Source of the DNA: an uncultured Acidimicrobiaceae bacterium
GTDB taxonomy: Bacteria > Actinomycetota > Acidimicrobiia > Spongiisociales > UBA5794
Assembly (NCBI GenBank): GCA_947258375.1
Contig: CAMYIJ010000017.1
Span: forward strand, 9,966-73,965
Direction: 5' to 3'
Length of the DNA stretch: 64,000 nt
Below are positions 38,451 through 47,358 of the stretch, piece by piece (position 1 is the stretch's first letter; each line of letters starts with the position of its first letter). The position numbers and the translations under genes are program-made. The notes under the pieces are model-generated. The model was not told the DNA's origin. It worked only from the letters and a program-made list of their open reading frames with translations, and did not search any database.

Positions 38451-39797
38451 CTAGGGGGCTCGAACTACGACAAACGCCTCATCGCGGTAGAGCTCGATCC
38501 AGCCTTCTTCCTCCAGAGCCGTGGCGAGCGGCCAATCCGGCTTCATCAGAGCCTGGGTAATGCCGAGCTCGGCGAAGCGCTCCCGCCATCCGACACCATT
38601 CGCGAGCTTCCCCCACTCCCGGAAATAGTCGGCGCCGTAGAGCTCTGCTCGATCGTCAATGACCACAGAGCGTTCGGGCCACTGCGCGTAGATGAGGAAT
38701 CCGCCAGGCCCGCTGCCGTGGAAGAGGGGGCCTTCGTCGATGACCTCGAGCGCCGCCGCCGACGGGAAGCTGTCCTCGCTGAGCGGAACCGGCCGCGTCA
38801 GACCCGCGGCCGCACCGATCAGCAGCACGAACACGAAGGCCCCGACCACGATGGGGGATTCACCACGGCGGGTCTCCGGCTTTGCCGGCACGATCCCAGC
38901 GGCGATGTACGGCAATGTAACGATCATCGCCGGGTACAGGTTGCGGATCGCAAGCAGACCGAAGAACAGAAAGGGGATGACGACGACCAGGTCGTTACGC
39001 TCGAGCCGACCCCGGCTTGCCGCGAAGACCGCAGCCATGACCAGAATCGCATAGGGAACCATGAAGGGATTGCTGTAGTTGGGAGGCATCCACTCCTGGA
39101 TCAGCTGCAGGGCGTCTCGATTCTCCATGAACTCAATCAGCACCATCCAAATGCCTATGCCGTGAGCCGTGAACGTTGCCAGTACACCGCCGACAAGCGC
39201 CAACTCGACGTGGCGCAGGGAACGTCGCCGGATGGCCTCGAGCACGATGAGCCCGATACCCATGACGAAGGAGCCGTGCAACATCGCCCACAGCCAGATC
39301 AGGGGCGGCACCGCCCATTCGCTTCGTTCGCTGCGAAGTGCCGCGATCACGGCCGCCAGCAGAAGATAGCTGAAGATGACCGGCCGGCCGTTGGCAAAGA
39401 CGGAGCCCTGCCAAGCGAGGAGCACGCCGGCAACTGCGGTGGCCCCGAGATGAGCCGTGTGGCGATGTGTGACGACCAGCGTGATCACCAACGTTGCGGC
39501 GGCGACGAGAAACACGTAGGTCGACACCCAACCGATGCCGCTCGTCGTTCGTTCCAGCCAGCCGAACATGATGTCGGCGAGCCACGATTGCGTCCGCCAG
39601 CTCTCGCCGACGTACTCGATCGAGAAGGGATCCGTGGTTAGAACGGTTCCTCTATCAAGTTGCAGGGTCCCCGCCCGTACGTGCCACAGGAATGAGTTAT
39701 CGCTGAACGGACGTGTCGCCACCCAGGCCATCCCGGCCACCGGCACGAGAAGGAACACGTGTCGAATGGTGAGCCGGACGCCACCAATTCGGGTCAC
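38451..39797 (-). CDS. Polytopic membrane protein, GT-C-like (last gene of the tad operon)
   Basis: 448 aa with about 11 hydrophobic helices. The first loop FLWHVRAGTLQLDRGTVLTTDPFSIEYVGESWRTQSWL resembles the first-loop Asp motif of GT-C-type glycosyltransferases. There is a ~110-aa soluble C-terminal domain. The start lies 27 nt after the tadC stop. Confidence 0.6.
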   Translation of the reverse strand: MTRIGGVRLTIRHVFLLVPVAGMAWVATRPFSDNSFLWHVRAGTLQLDRGTVLTTDPFSIEYVGESWRTQSWLADIMFGWLERTTSGIGWVSTYVFLVAAATLVITLVVTHRHTAHLGATAVAGVLLAWQGSVFANGRPVIFSYLLLAAVIAALRSERSEWAVPPLIWLWAMLHGSFVMGIGLIVLEAIRRRSLRHVELALVGGVLATFTAHGIGIWMVLIEFMENRDALQLIQEWMPPNYSNPFMVPYAILVMAAVFAASRGRLERNDLVVVIPFLFFGLLAIRNLYPAMIVTLPYIAAGIVPAKPETRRGESPIVVGAFVFVLLIGAAAGLTRPVPLSEDSFPSAAALEVIDEGPLFHGSGPGGFLIYAQWPERSVVIDDRAELYGADYFREWGKLANGVGWRERFAELGITQALMKPDWPLATALEEEGWIELYRDEAFVVVRAP

Positions 39798-39823
39798 GAA
39801 GGATCTACCTGCCTATCGCAAGA

Positions 39824-40729
39824 TCAAAGGCTGCTGAGGCTCTCGACGATCTGCATCGCAGCCGGGGCCAGCAGCACAACGAATATCGCCGGGAAGATAC
39901 ACAACACCAGAGGAAAGGTCATCTTGACTGGTGCCGCGAACGCCTTCTCCTGGACCTTCTGCCGCCGCCGTACCCGGATCTCGTCCGCTTGCACGCGCAG
40001 CATACGGGCGACAGAGACACCGAACTGATCTGCCTGGTTGATCGACAGGATGAACGAGTTGAGCTCGTCGACATCCGTGCGCTCGGCGAGCGCCTTCATC
40101 GCTTCGTTGCGGCTGACTCCTACCCTCGTCTCCTGGAGCATGCGGGCGAACTCGTCGCTCAACTCGCCGGGAACGTTCTGGACGACCCTCCCGAGAGCCG
40201 CCTCGAAGCCGAGGCCGGCTTCGACCGAGATGACAAGCAGGTCGATTACGTCCGGGAGCTCGCGGGCAACCTTTTCCTTGCGTTCGGTGATCTTGCGGGT
40301 CAACATGGACTCCGGTCCCAGGACACCGGCCACGGCTATGAGACCAAAGATCATGAGCTTCTGGCCGGCCGGGAGAATGCCCTGGAGGGCTACAAACGCG
40401 ACCAGCGCAGCCACCACCGAGACGACCCGGATCGCGGCCCACGAGTTGCCATCGATCCGTGGGAACCATCCCGCGATTGCTAGGCGGGCTTCGGCGCGCT
40501 TGGCCCAACCGAGCGGAGTGAACCGCAGGAGCAAGCGACCGACCTTCCCTGCCAGCGGGGCCACCGCTCGTTCGTTGAAGTTGGCCGCGAGAAGCTCTTC
40601 TCGGCTTTGCAGAGAAGCCAAGCGGCTGCCAGATCGTTCTCCGGACCGGACAACGCCGAGCCCGACATAGACGCCGAGAGCGAGAATCGATACGCCGACC
40701 GCGGCGGCCGGAAATAGCACCGTATCCAT
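39824..40729 (-). CDS. tadC: Tad pilus inner-membrane platform protein TadC (T2SS F-domain)
   Basis: T2SSF-type domain (ELPDVIDLLVISVEAGLGFEAAL...LRVQADEIRVRRRQKVQEKA). ATG 40729 overlaps the tadB TAA by 1 nt. Confidence 0.8.
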   Translation of the reverse strand: MDTVLFPAAAVGVSILALGVYVGLGVVRSGERSGSRLASLQSREELLAANFNERAVAPLAGKVGRLLLRFTPLGWAKRAEARLAIAGWFPRIDGNSWAAIRVVSVVAALVAFVALQGILPAGQKLMIFGLIAVAGVLGPESMLTRKITERKEKVARELPDVIDLLVISVEAGLGFEAALGRVVQNVPGELSDEFARMLQETRVGVSRNEAMKALAERTDVDELNSFILSINQADQFGVSVARMLRVQADEIRVRRRQKVQEKAFAAPVKMTFPLVLCIFPAIFVVLLAPAAMQIVESLSSL

Positions 40730-41787
40730 TAGATGTCCACCGTCACAATCTTCTTGAGCCACATGACACCCAGCAACAGTCCAACGCCGCCGCTGACCAG
40801 AGCCATGATTCCCGGGAAGGTGGTCAGAAGGGGCTCCAGGTATTCCTTGTTTGTCGAGTAGAGGAAGAAGAACAGGAAGATCGGCAGACCGCCGAGCACC
40901 ATCGCCGATATCCGGCCTTCCGCAGTCAGCGCCTTCATTTCTCGACGCAGCCGGTTGCGCTCGACCATGGTCTCGGCAGCAGTCTGCAAAACCTCGGCCA
41001 GGTTTCCACCAACCTCACGCTGAATGTTTATCGCCAGGACGGCCCAGTCGAAGTCCTTCGACTCCATCCGGTCCGCCACCATCTTGAGCGAATCCACCGG
41101 GGATCGACCGAGACGGGTCTCGGTGATTGCTCGCTGAAACTCACGACCTGTTGGGTCGGAGGCTTCAGACCCCACCGCCTCGACGGCCTGCAGCAGCGAG
41201 TAGCCGGCCCGCAGTGAGGTCGAGATCAGGTTGAGGGTATCGGGTAGCTGATCCTCGAAACGACTTCTCTCCCGGGCCGCGACCTGCTGCACGGCGGCTC
41301 CGGCCACTGCAAGAGCTACGACTGCCACGACCATCGCCATGATGACGTTTCCGGTGGCCAGCATGAATACCAGTCCGATGGCCAGGGAGGCGCCGATCGC
41401 GATCGTGATGGCCTCGCCGGGACGCACCGGGACGTTGGCTTGTTCCAAGGCCGTCTCGATCATGCTGAAGACGCCGCGGTCGTGTGCCATATTCTCCGCG
41501 CGGCGGGAGAACGCCCTTAGGACCGGGATCCGTCCAAAGAAGCCGCGGTCGGTTGTGGATGCATCGGCGTAAACGCCGAGCCGGCCTGACAGATCCCGCT
41601 CAACTCCTCGAGTCGGGCCGAACAAGATGGCGAACAGCAGACCGAACGCCACGCCGCCCGCAATGGAACCGACGAGAGGCAGGATCTTGCCGTCTCCTCC
41701 GCCCAGCGACTGCGCAAGTACCGGAGAAGCTCCGCCGAGGAGCAAACCGATGGCACCGCCCAGACCGATGACTAGCCGCCGCATCAT
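40729..41787 (-). CDS. tadB: Tad pilus inner-membrane platform protein TadB (T2SS F-domain)
   Basis: T2SSF domain (QLPDTLNLISTSLRAGYSLLQAVEAV...AETMVERNRLRREMKALTAEGR). The start overlaps the cpaF stop (TGATG). Confidence 0.8.
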   Translation of the reverse strand: MMRRLVIGLGGAIGLLLGGASPVLAQSLGGGDGKILPLVGSIAGGVAFGLLFAILFGPTRGVERDLSGRLGVYADASTTDRGFFGRIPVLRAFSRRAENMAHDRGVFSMIETALEQANVPVRPGEAITIAIGASLAIGLVFMLATGNVIMAMVVAVVALAVAGAAVQQVAARERSRFEDQLPDTLNLISTSLRAGYSLLQAVEAVGSEASDPTGREFQRAITETRLGRSPVDSLKMVADRMESKDFDWAVLAINIQREVGGNLAEVLQTAAETMVERNRLRREMKALTAEGRISAMVLGGLPIFLFFFLYSTNKEYLEPLLTTFPGIMALVSGGVGLLLGVMWLKKIVTVDI

Positions 41788-43136
41788 CAGCGGCCCGCAA
41801 ACGGCTCTGGAGCGAACAGCTCGGCGGGAAGGTGGATCCCGTAGTTCTCGAGGTGCTCGGAGAAGGACGGCCGAATTCCAGTCGCTTTGAGGCGGCCCAT
41901 GTACTTGCCGTCTTCATTGATACCCATGCCGTAATCGAACAGCATGATGTCCTGTGTCGTTATGACTTCACCCTCCATGCCGATCACCTCGGTCACGTGG
42001 GTAACGCGCCGTGATCCGTCGCGCAGGCGATGCAGGTGGACAATGAGGTCGAGAGCCGATGACACCTGCTCGCGGATGGCTCGAATCGGCAGGTCCATAC
42101 CGGCCATTAGAACCATCGTCTCGATACGAGCCAACGTGTCACGCGGCGAGTTGGAGTGAACCGTCGTCAGAGAGCCATCATGACCGGTGTTCATCGCCTG
42201 AAGCATGTCGAGGGCGGCGCCGTCACGCACCTCACCGACAACGATGCGGTCGGGTCGCATACGCAGCGAGTTCTTGACGAGATCGCGAATCGTGACCTGG
42301 CCCTTACCCTCCAGGTTCGAAGGGCGGGCCTCCAGGCTCAAGACGTGCTGCTGGTTGAGTCGAAGCTCCGCAGCGTCCTCGATCGTGAGGATCCGCTCCT
42401 TGTCGGGGATGAAACTCGACAGCACGTTCAGCAGCGTGGTCTTTCCAGAACCCGTTGATCCCGACACGATGATGTTGAGGCGGCCCTGCACGCAGCGGCG
42501 TAGCAAGCCGGCGACCTGCTGGGTCATCGATCCCATGTTCACGAGGTCGTCTGCGGTGAACGGATCGACGGCGAACTTACGAATCGTCAGGAAAGGCCCG
42601 CCGATCGCCAACGGGTGGATCACGGCATTGACACGTGAACCATCCGGGAGGCGAGCATCGACCATCGGCGTCGACTCGTCGATACGCCGTCCGACCTGGC
42701 CAACGATCTTCTCGATGATGCGCTCGAGGTGGGTGGCATCGACGAACCTGGTGTCGGTGTGCGTCAGCCGGCCGGCTTGCTCAACCCACACGCTGTGCGG
42801 ACCGTTGACCATGACTTCGGTGACGTCCGCATCGGAGAGGTAGGGATCTATGGGACCGTAGCCGAGAACATCATCTGCAATCTCTTGCAGCATTTGCAGG
42901 CGGTCCGCCCGAGAGAGGGGAACTGACTCTTCTTGATCGAGCGCCCACTCGAGCATCTCCATGACTCGGAGCTTCAGCTCGGCGTCTGTCATCTGCCGGT
43001 CGTACAGTGTCGGTCCGAGCCCCTCGACCACCTTGTAGTGAAGCTTGCGTCGGAGATCCTGACGCATTTCTTCGCGATGACCATCGACGGTTACGTCGGT
43101 GGCCTTCGCAGCTTTGACCCGATCAGCGAGGCTCAT
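41787..43136 (-). CDS. cpaF: Tad pilus secretion ATPase CpaF/TadA
   Basis: VSGSTGSGKTTLLN Walker A, RILTIEDAAEL Asp box, RMRPDRIVVGEVRD Walker B and GHDGSLTTVHSN His box. Confidence 0.92.
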   Translation of the reverse strand: MSLADRVKAAKATDVTVDGHREEMRQDLRRKLHYKVVEGLGPTLYDRQMTDAELKLRVMEMLEWALDQEESVPLSRADRLQMLQEIADDVLGYGPIDPYLSDADVTEVMVNGPHSVWVEQAGRLTHTDTRFVDATHLERIIEKIVGQVGRRIDESTPMVDARLPDGSRVNAVIHPLAIGGPFLTIRKFAVDPFTADDLVNMGSMTQQVAGLLRRCVQGRLNIIVSGSTGSGKTTLLNVLSSFIPDKERILTIEDAAELRLNQQHVLSLEARPSNLEGKGQVTIRDLVKNSLRMRPDRIVVGEVRDGAALDMLQAMNTGHDGSLTTVHSNSPRDTLARIETMVLMAGMDLPIRAIREQVSSALDLIVHLHRLRDGSRRVTHVTEVIGMEGEVITTQDIMLFDYGMGINEDGKYMGRLKATGIRPSFSEHLENYGIHLPAELFAPEPFAGR

Positions 43137-43192
43137 GTTGGGTGTTCCCCTATCTATCTACCAAGAGCGATTTCAACTACGAGGCGTGGTGC

Positions 43193-44377
43193 CTACCGGA
43201 ACCATCGGCGCCCGCGGTCGTCCTCTTCAGTAGTTGGTTCTTCGATTTCTCCATCAACGACGAGACGGGCGACGCTTCGCAGGTCGCGCGCTACCCGCGA
43301 CCGGGGATACAGCGATACAACCGGATCACCTTCGTTGACGGCTCGCGGTACCAGCTTGTCGGATGAGATTGCGGCCTGAACGTCGAGACCCAGGCTGCGC
43401 TCGAGCTCATCGATGTCGAGGCGAGCCTTCGAGTTGACACGGTTCAGCACGAGCTTGATCTTCTCGAACGGGAACTTGATCAGCCGCAACGTATCGAGGG
43501 CCAGTTTGGCGTTCTTGACGCTCGGCAGGTCCATATCGACCACCAGGAGCACGACGTCACTGCGCTCCAGAATCGAAAGCACAGGTTCGTCGAGGAACGG
43601 TGCGGTGTCGATCACGATGTAGTCGAACATCCGCTTCAACATCCCGATCGTCTTGACGACGACCTGGGTCGAAACCTCATCGGCGAGGCTCGGCTCGAGG
43701 GGGGCAGAAAGCACCCGCATGCCCGACGTGTGCCGGGCCAGCAAGCTCTCGAGCAGCGGCTCGTCCAGCTTGTCGATATCCCGGGCAGCATCAACGATCG
43801 TGTGTTTCGGATCGACCTGGAGCGAGATGCACACGTCCCCGAACTGGAGGTCGGCGTCGATGATCGTGACTCGCGACGGATCTCCCCACTGCGCGAGCGA
43901 CAGGGCGACGTTCACAGTCGTCATCGTCTTGCCGGCGCCGCCCTTGGGCGACATGATCGTGACAACCTTGCCGATCTTGTTCTTCCGCTGGACGATGGAG
44001 TCCTCGCGGCGAGCGAGCTGATCGAGCAAACCGAAGGCCTCTTCGACCTTGCGCAAGGTCAGGGGTGCCTCGATGACATCCTTGAACCCGCTGCGCAGAG
44101 CCGCCTTGAGCACGTCGGTGTTCAACGCATCCGTCACCAGCACAACCGGGAGGCTGGGGCGAACGTCGAACATCAAGGCCATCTCGGCAACACCGGCCTC
44201 GTGGGCAAAAGCCGGGCCGACGATGGCGACGTCGATCCCTTCCTCCACGAGCCGGCGCTGCGCGTCGGTTACGTTCCGAGCCGAATAGACCTTGTTGCCT
44301 TCGAGAAGCGCCTTGGCGTCATCAACGAAGTCGTCGTCTGTATCGACCAGGAGTATCGAGTACGTTCCGTCAGCCAC
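43193..44377 (-). CDS. tadZ: TadZ/CpaE-like protein: atypical receiver domain plus MinD/ParA-type ATPase
   Basis: The N-terminal receiver-like fold (ILLVDTDDDF...) has no obvious acceptor Asp context. It is followed by a deviant Walker A, MSPKGGAGKTMTTVNVA. Confidence 0.8.
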   Translation of the reverse strand: MADGTYSILLVDTDDDFVDDAKALLEGNKVYSARNVTDAQRRLVEEGIDVAIVGPAFAHEAGVAEMALMFDVRPSLPVVLVTDALNTDVLKAALRSGFKDVIEAPLTLRKVEEAFGLLDQLARREDSIVQRKNKIGKVVTIMSPKGGAGKTMTTVNVALSLAQWGDPSRVTIIDADLQFGDVCISLQVDPKHTIVDAARDIDKLDEPLLESLLARHTSGMRVLSAPLEPSLADEVSTQVVVKTIGMLKRMFDYIVIDTAPFLDEPVLSILERSDVVLLVVDMDLPSVKNAKLALDTLRLIKFPFEKIKLVLNRVNSKARLDIDELERSLGLDVQAAISSDKLVPRAVNEGDPVVSLYPRSRVARDLRSVARLVVDGEIEEPTTEEDDRGRRWFR

Positions 44378-45380
44378 CTAGAGCCTCTCCAAACTGTTCG
44401 AGCTGTTCTTGGATCCTATCGAGCAGGTTGAACAAGTCGTCCACAACCACGCCGCGCGCCTCGAACGGAGTGTACGGGCTGTCCTTGGGCAAGAGAGACA
44501 TCGCCACAGTGGTGTTGTTACGGGCGAACTCGATCTTCTCAGCCTGTTCGGGGGTTACATTCAGCACGATGATCGAGCCGGTCTGGGGGGTCAATCCGGT
44601 GCCGAGGCCCTGAAGCTGGTTATCAGGACCGACGGCGAGGACTTCGATATCCTGAAGAACCGTCTGAGTGAATTTGATGGTCGTCGGGAAAGTCTCTGCG
44701 AGGGCGGTAAGCGGGTCATCCTCATCAGGCGCGGGACCAAAGCCCGGCACGACGGTCGTGGTCGGCGTCGTTGCTCCGTCGTCGCCCGGTCCCAGAATCA
44801 GGGTACGTAGTTCTGGATCCTTGATGACGTTGAGGAACTGGTCCATTTGCACGTCCGCCGATGCAAGGATGTTGACTCGATCGCCGGGGCGGATGTAGCC
44901 ACCGCTGACACCGTCATCGTCGGGACGGATCGAGATTGCCACCTTGTTCTCGGGAATCGCCTCGGACAGACTCACGGTGTTGAGCTCGGCAGCAGAGACG
45001 AACATGTCGGAGGTGATCAACTGCCCGGCCGAGATCGGCCCGGCAGCGACCTTCGAGTCGAGGAGTGTTTCGAGATCGCTCGGGTTGTTGTCACACACCG
45101 TCTGGTCGGTGCTGCTGTCGCGTACGACGGCACCGGCACACAGGATCCGCGATCCCTCAAACACCACGGCCTCCAGGAGCGCAGTCTTCGACTCGATCAA
45201 CGGCCGAGCCAGCTCGCCATCGGTCCCGACGTCGATGAACTCGGTTGCCCTATAGACCTCGACCTCCTGGATGTCTTTCCTGGCGTCATCCGCGACGCCG
45301 GCCAGATATTGCCATACGGCAAACGCCGACACAGCGGCGAGTCCCAAGGCGACAAAAAGTACAATCGATCGCTTGCCCAT
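44370..45380 (-). CDS. cpaB: Flp pilus assembly protein CpaB/RcpC-like (SAF domain, N-terminal TM anchor)
   Basis: N-terminal anchor MGKRSIVLFVALGLAAVSAFAVWQY, a SAF-like segment (VYRATEFIDVGT...), and a beta-rich C-terminus. First gene of the tadZ-cpaF-tadBC string, with an 8-nt overlap with tadZ. Confidence 0.72.
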   Translation of the reverse strand: MGKRSIVLFVALGLAAVSAFAVWQYLAGVADDARKDIQEVEVYRATEFIDVGTDGELARPLIESKTALLEAVVFEGSRILCAGAVVRDSSTDQTVCDNNPSDLETLLDSKVAAGPISAGQLITSDMFVSAAELNTVSLSEAIPENKVAISIRPDDDGVSGGYIRPGDRVNILASADVQMDQFLNVIKDPELRTLILGPGDDGATTPTTTVVPGFGPAPDEDDPLTALAETFPTTIKFTQTVLQDIEVLAVGPDNQLQGLGTGLTPQTGSIIVLNVTPEQAEKIEFARNNTTVAMSLLPKDSPYTPFEARGVVVDDLFNLLDRIQEQLEQFGEALGG

Positions 45381-45502
45381 TTTCTCAGTTGGCCCTTCCG
45401 GTAACAGTTACACGCGCACCACACGACATGCGGGCCGTAGGGGCCCAAAGGCGATGGTTTAGCCTGGCAGCCGCCCCCGAGTTGTCAGGGAAGTGGGCCC
45501 GG

Positions 45503-47200
45503 TCAACCTCGACCGATACCGCGTTCCTTGAGTTCCTGGAGAATGGCCTCCAAGGATGAATCGGCATTGAACGACGGTTCTGGAGTGGCGTCTTCTTCAC
45601 GCGTGAACTCCCGCCGCTTTGGACGACTCTCTTTGGCTGGCTTGTCGCTCCATGTCGAGCGTTCCTCCCACTCGGGAAGTGCCTGTTTGATTGACAGGCT
45701 CACTCGACGTCTGTCGGCATCGATCTCAGTGACCTTTACCCGGACTTGCTGGCCGATCGAAAGTTCCAATTCAGGGCTTTCGACGTGATGCATGGCGATT
45801 TCGGAGACGTGGACTAGTCCCTCGACTCCCTCGCCAACCGAGACGAAGGCCCCGAAGGGCACGGTCTTGGTGACGACGCCGTCGATAATCCCACCCGAAT
45901 CGATGTCGCGGGCGAATTCGTCCCACGGATCTTCACGCGTCTGGCGAATCGAAAGCGAGATCCGCTCCCGATCGCGATCGACTTCGAGCACCCGGATATT
46001 GACCTTGTCGCCGACCGAGACGACTTCTCCCGGGTGGCTCACGTGTTGCCACGACAACTCGGAGACATGGACCAGACCGTCCATACCTCCAAGATCGACG
46101 AAGGCGCCGAAATTGACCACCGAAGAGACAACACCTTCGCGGACGTCGCCGGGCTGCAAGTCGGAGAGGAACTCCTGCCGTTGCTCGGCCTGGGCCTCTT
46201 CAAGGAACGCTCGCCGCGACAGAACAACATTGTTGCGGTTCTTGTCGAGCTCGATGACCTTGGCCTCGATAGCCTCACCAACAAAGGGGTTGAGGTCACG
46301 AACCCGGCGCAGATCGACCAGCGAGGCCGGTAGGAAGCCGCGCAGCCCGATGTCGACTATCAGACCGCCCTTCACGACCTCGATGACGGGACCCGAAACC
46401 GTGCCACCCTCATTCATCACACGTTCAATTCGGCCCCAGGCCCGCTCGTATTGCGCCCTCTTCTTAGAAAGCACCAACCGTCCGTTGTCATCCTCCATCT
46501 GCATGACGAGCGCCTCGATGGGCTCGCCCACGGTGACGACCTCCGCCGGATTGGCGTTGTTGCGAATGGAAAGCTCCTGGGCCGGAATCACGCCTTCCGA
46601 CTTGTAGCCGATGTCCACGAGCACCTCGTCGGGGTCCACACGAACCACGTGACCGGCGACGATGTCGCCCTCTTTGAACTCGAACACGGTCCGTTCCACT
46701 ACGGCGGCAAAGTCATCCGCGGACATGTCGTCCGGAACGTCTCCCAGGTCGGTGGGCGCAGTGATTGCCGGGCGATCGCCCGAAATGACGGCCGGGGCGG
46801 GTGCCGGGGGCGGATCGACGACCGGCGATTCGGTCGCGGCGGACTCAGTCGCGGCGGTGGAAGTTGCTCCGTCGTCCTCGGGGGTCGGGGGCGCGTCGGA
46901 ACCTGCCGGTTCGGTAGCGGCCCCGGCTGCGGCGACATCAGCAGTCTCTTCTGCTGCCGGATCCGCCACTTCGGGCGCGACAGCAGGAACCGCTTCAGCA
47001 GCGAGCGTTTCCGGGGTGGCAACCGGTGCCGCTGCCGGCACCTCGGGTGTACCGATAGCTTCTCCGGTGGTGGTGGAGGCGGCTTCCGCAGCACCGGCGG
47101 CGCCGGCTGCGGCCTCGATCACCTCGGCTGTGGCTTCTTCCACAGCTTCGGGTGTTTGAGCAGTTACCTCCGCGGGCTGCTCATTGTCGTTCAGGGTCAT
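45503..47200 (-). CDS. rpsA: 30S ribosomal protein S1 (four S1 domains), with a possible ~160-aa low-complexity N-terminal extension
   Basis: Four S1 repeats (GDIVAGHVVRV..., GTVSGPVIEVVKGG..., GDVREGVVSSVVNFGAFVDL..., GGIIDGVVTKTVPFGAFVSV...). ATG 47200 is the longest supported start. ATG 46726 (MSADDFAAVVERT...) would give a conventional N-terminus. Confidence 0.88.
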   Translation of the reverse strand: MTLNDNEQPAEVTAQTPEAVEEATAEVIEAAAGAAGAAEAASTTTGEAIGTPEVPAAAPVATPETLAAEAVPAVAPEVADPAAEETADVAAAGAATEPAGSDAPPTPEDDGATSTAATESAATESPVVDPPPAPAPAVISGDRPAITAPTDLGDVPDDMSADDFAAVVERTVFEFKEGDIVAGHVVRVDPDEVLVDIGYKSEGVIPAQELSIRNNANPAEVVTVGEPIEALVMQMEDDNGRLVLSKKRAQYERAWGRIERVMNEGGTVSGPVIEVVKGGLIVDIGLRGFLPASLVDLRRVRDLNPFVGEAIEAKVIELDKNRNNVVLSRRAFLEEAQAEQRQEFLSDLQPGDVREGVVSSVVNFGAFVDLGGMDGLVHVSELSWQHVSHPGEVVSVGDKVNIRVLEVDRDRERISLSIRQTREDPWDEFARDIDSGGIIDGVVTKTVPFGAFVSVGEGVEGLVHVSEIAMHHVESPELELSIGQQVRVKVTEIDADRRRVSLSIKQALPEWEERSTWSDKPAKESRPKRREFTREEDATPEPSFNADSSLEAILQELKERGIGRG

Positions 47201-47358
47201 AGGGGAAAGTGTCTCCTCGGTGATTTGATCTGCTTCCAAGCGCGCGACAAACGGCGTTGGGAGCCACATCAGAATAACAGGCGCCGCCCGCCCCGCATAA
47301 CGCGCCCGCACCGTGGCCCCCGGGTGTCAGGTCAATGGAGACCGGCACAATCGGTCTG

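Noticed and set aside
38451-39797. The 448-aa membrane protein after tadC was considered as the missing prepilin peptidase TadV/CpaA.
   Set aside because: It is too large, has no GGGD(V/I)K-type second catalytic motif, and its helix/loop layout does not resemble A24 peptidases. A GT-C-like call fits better.
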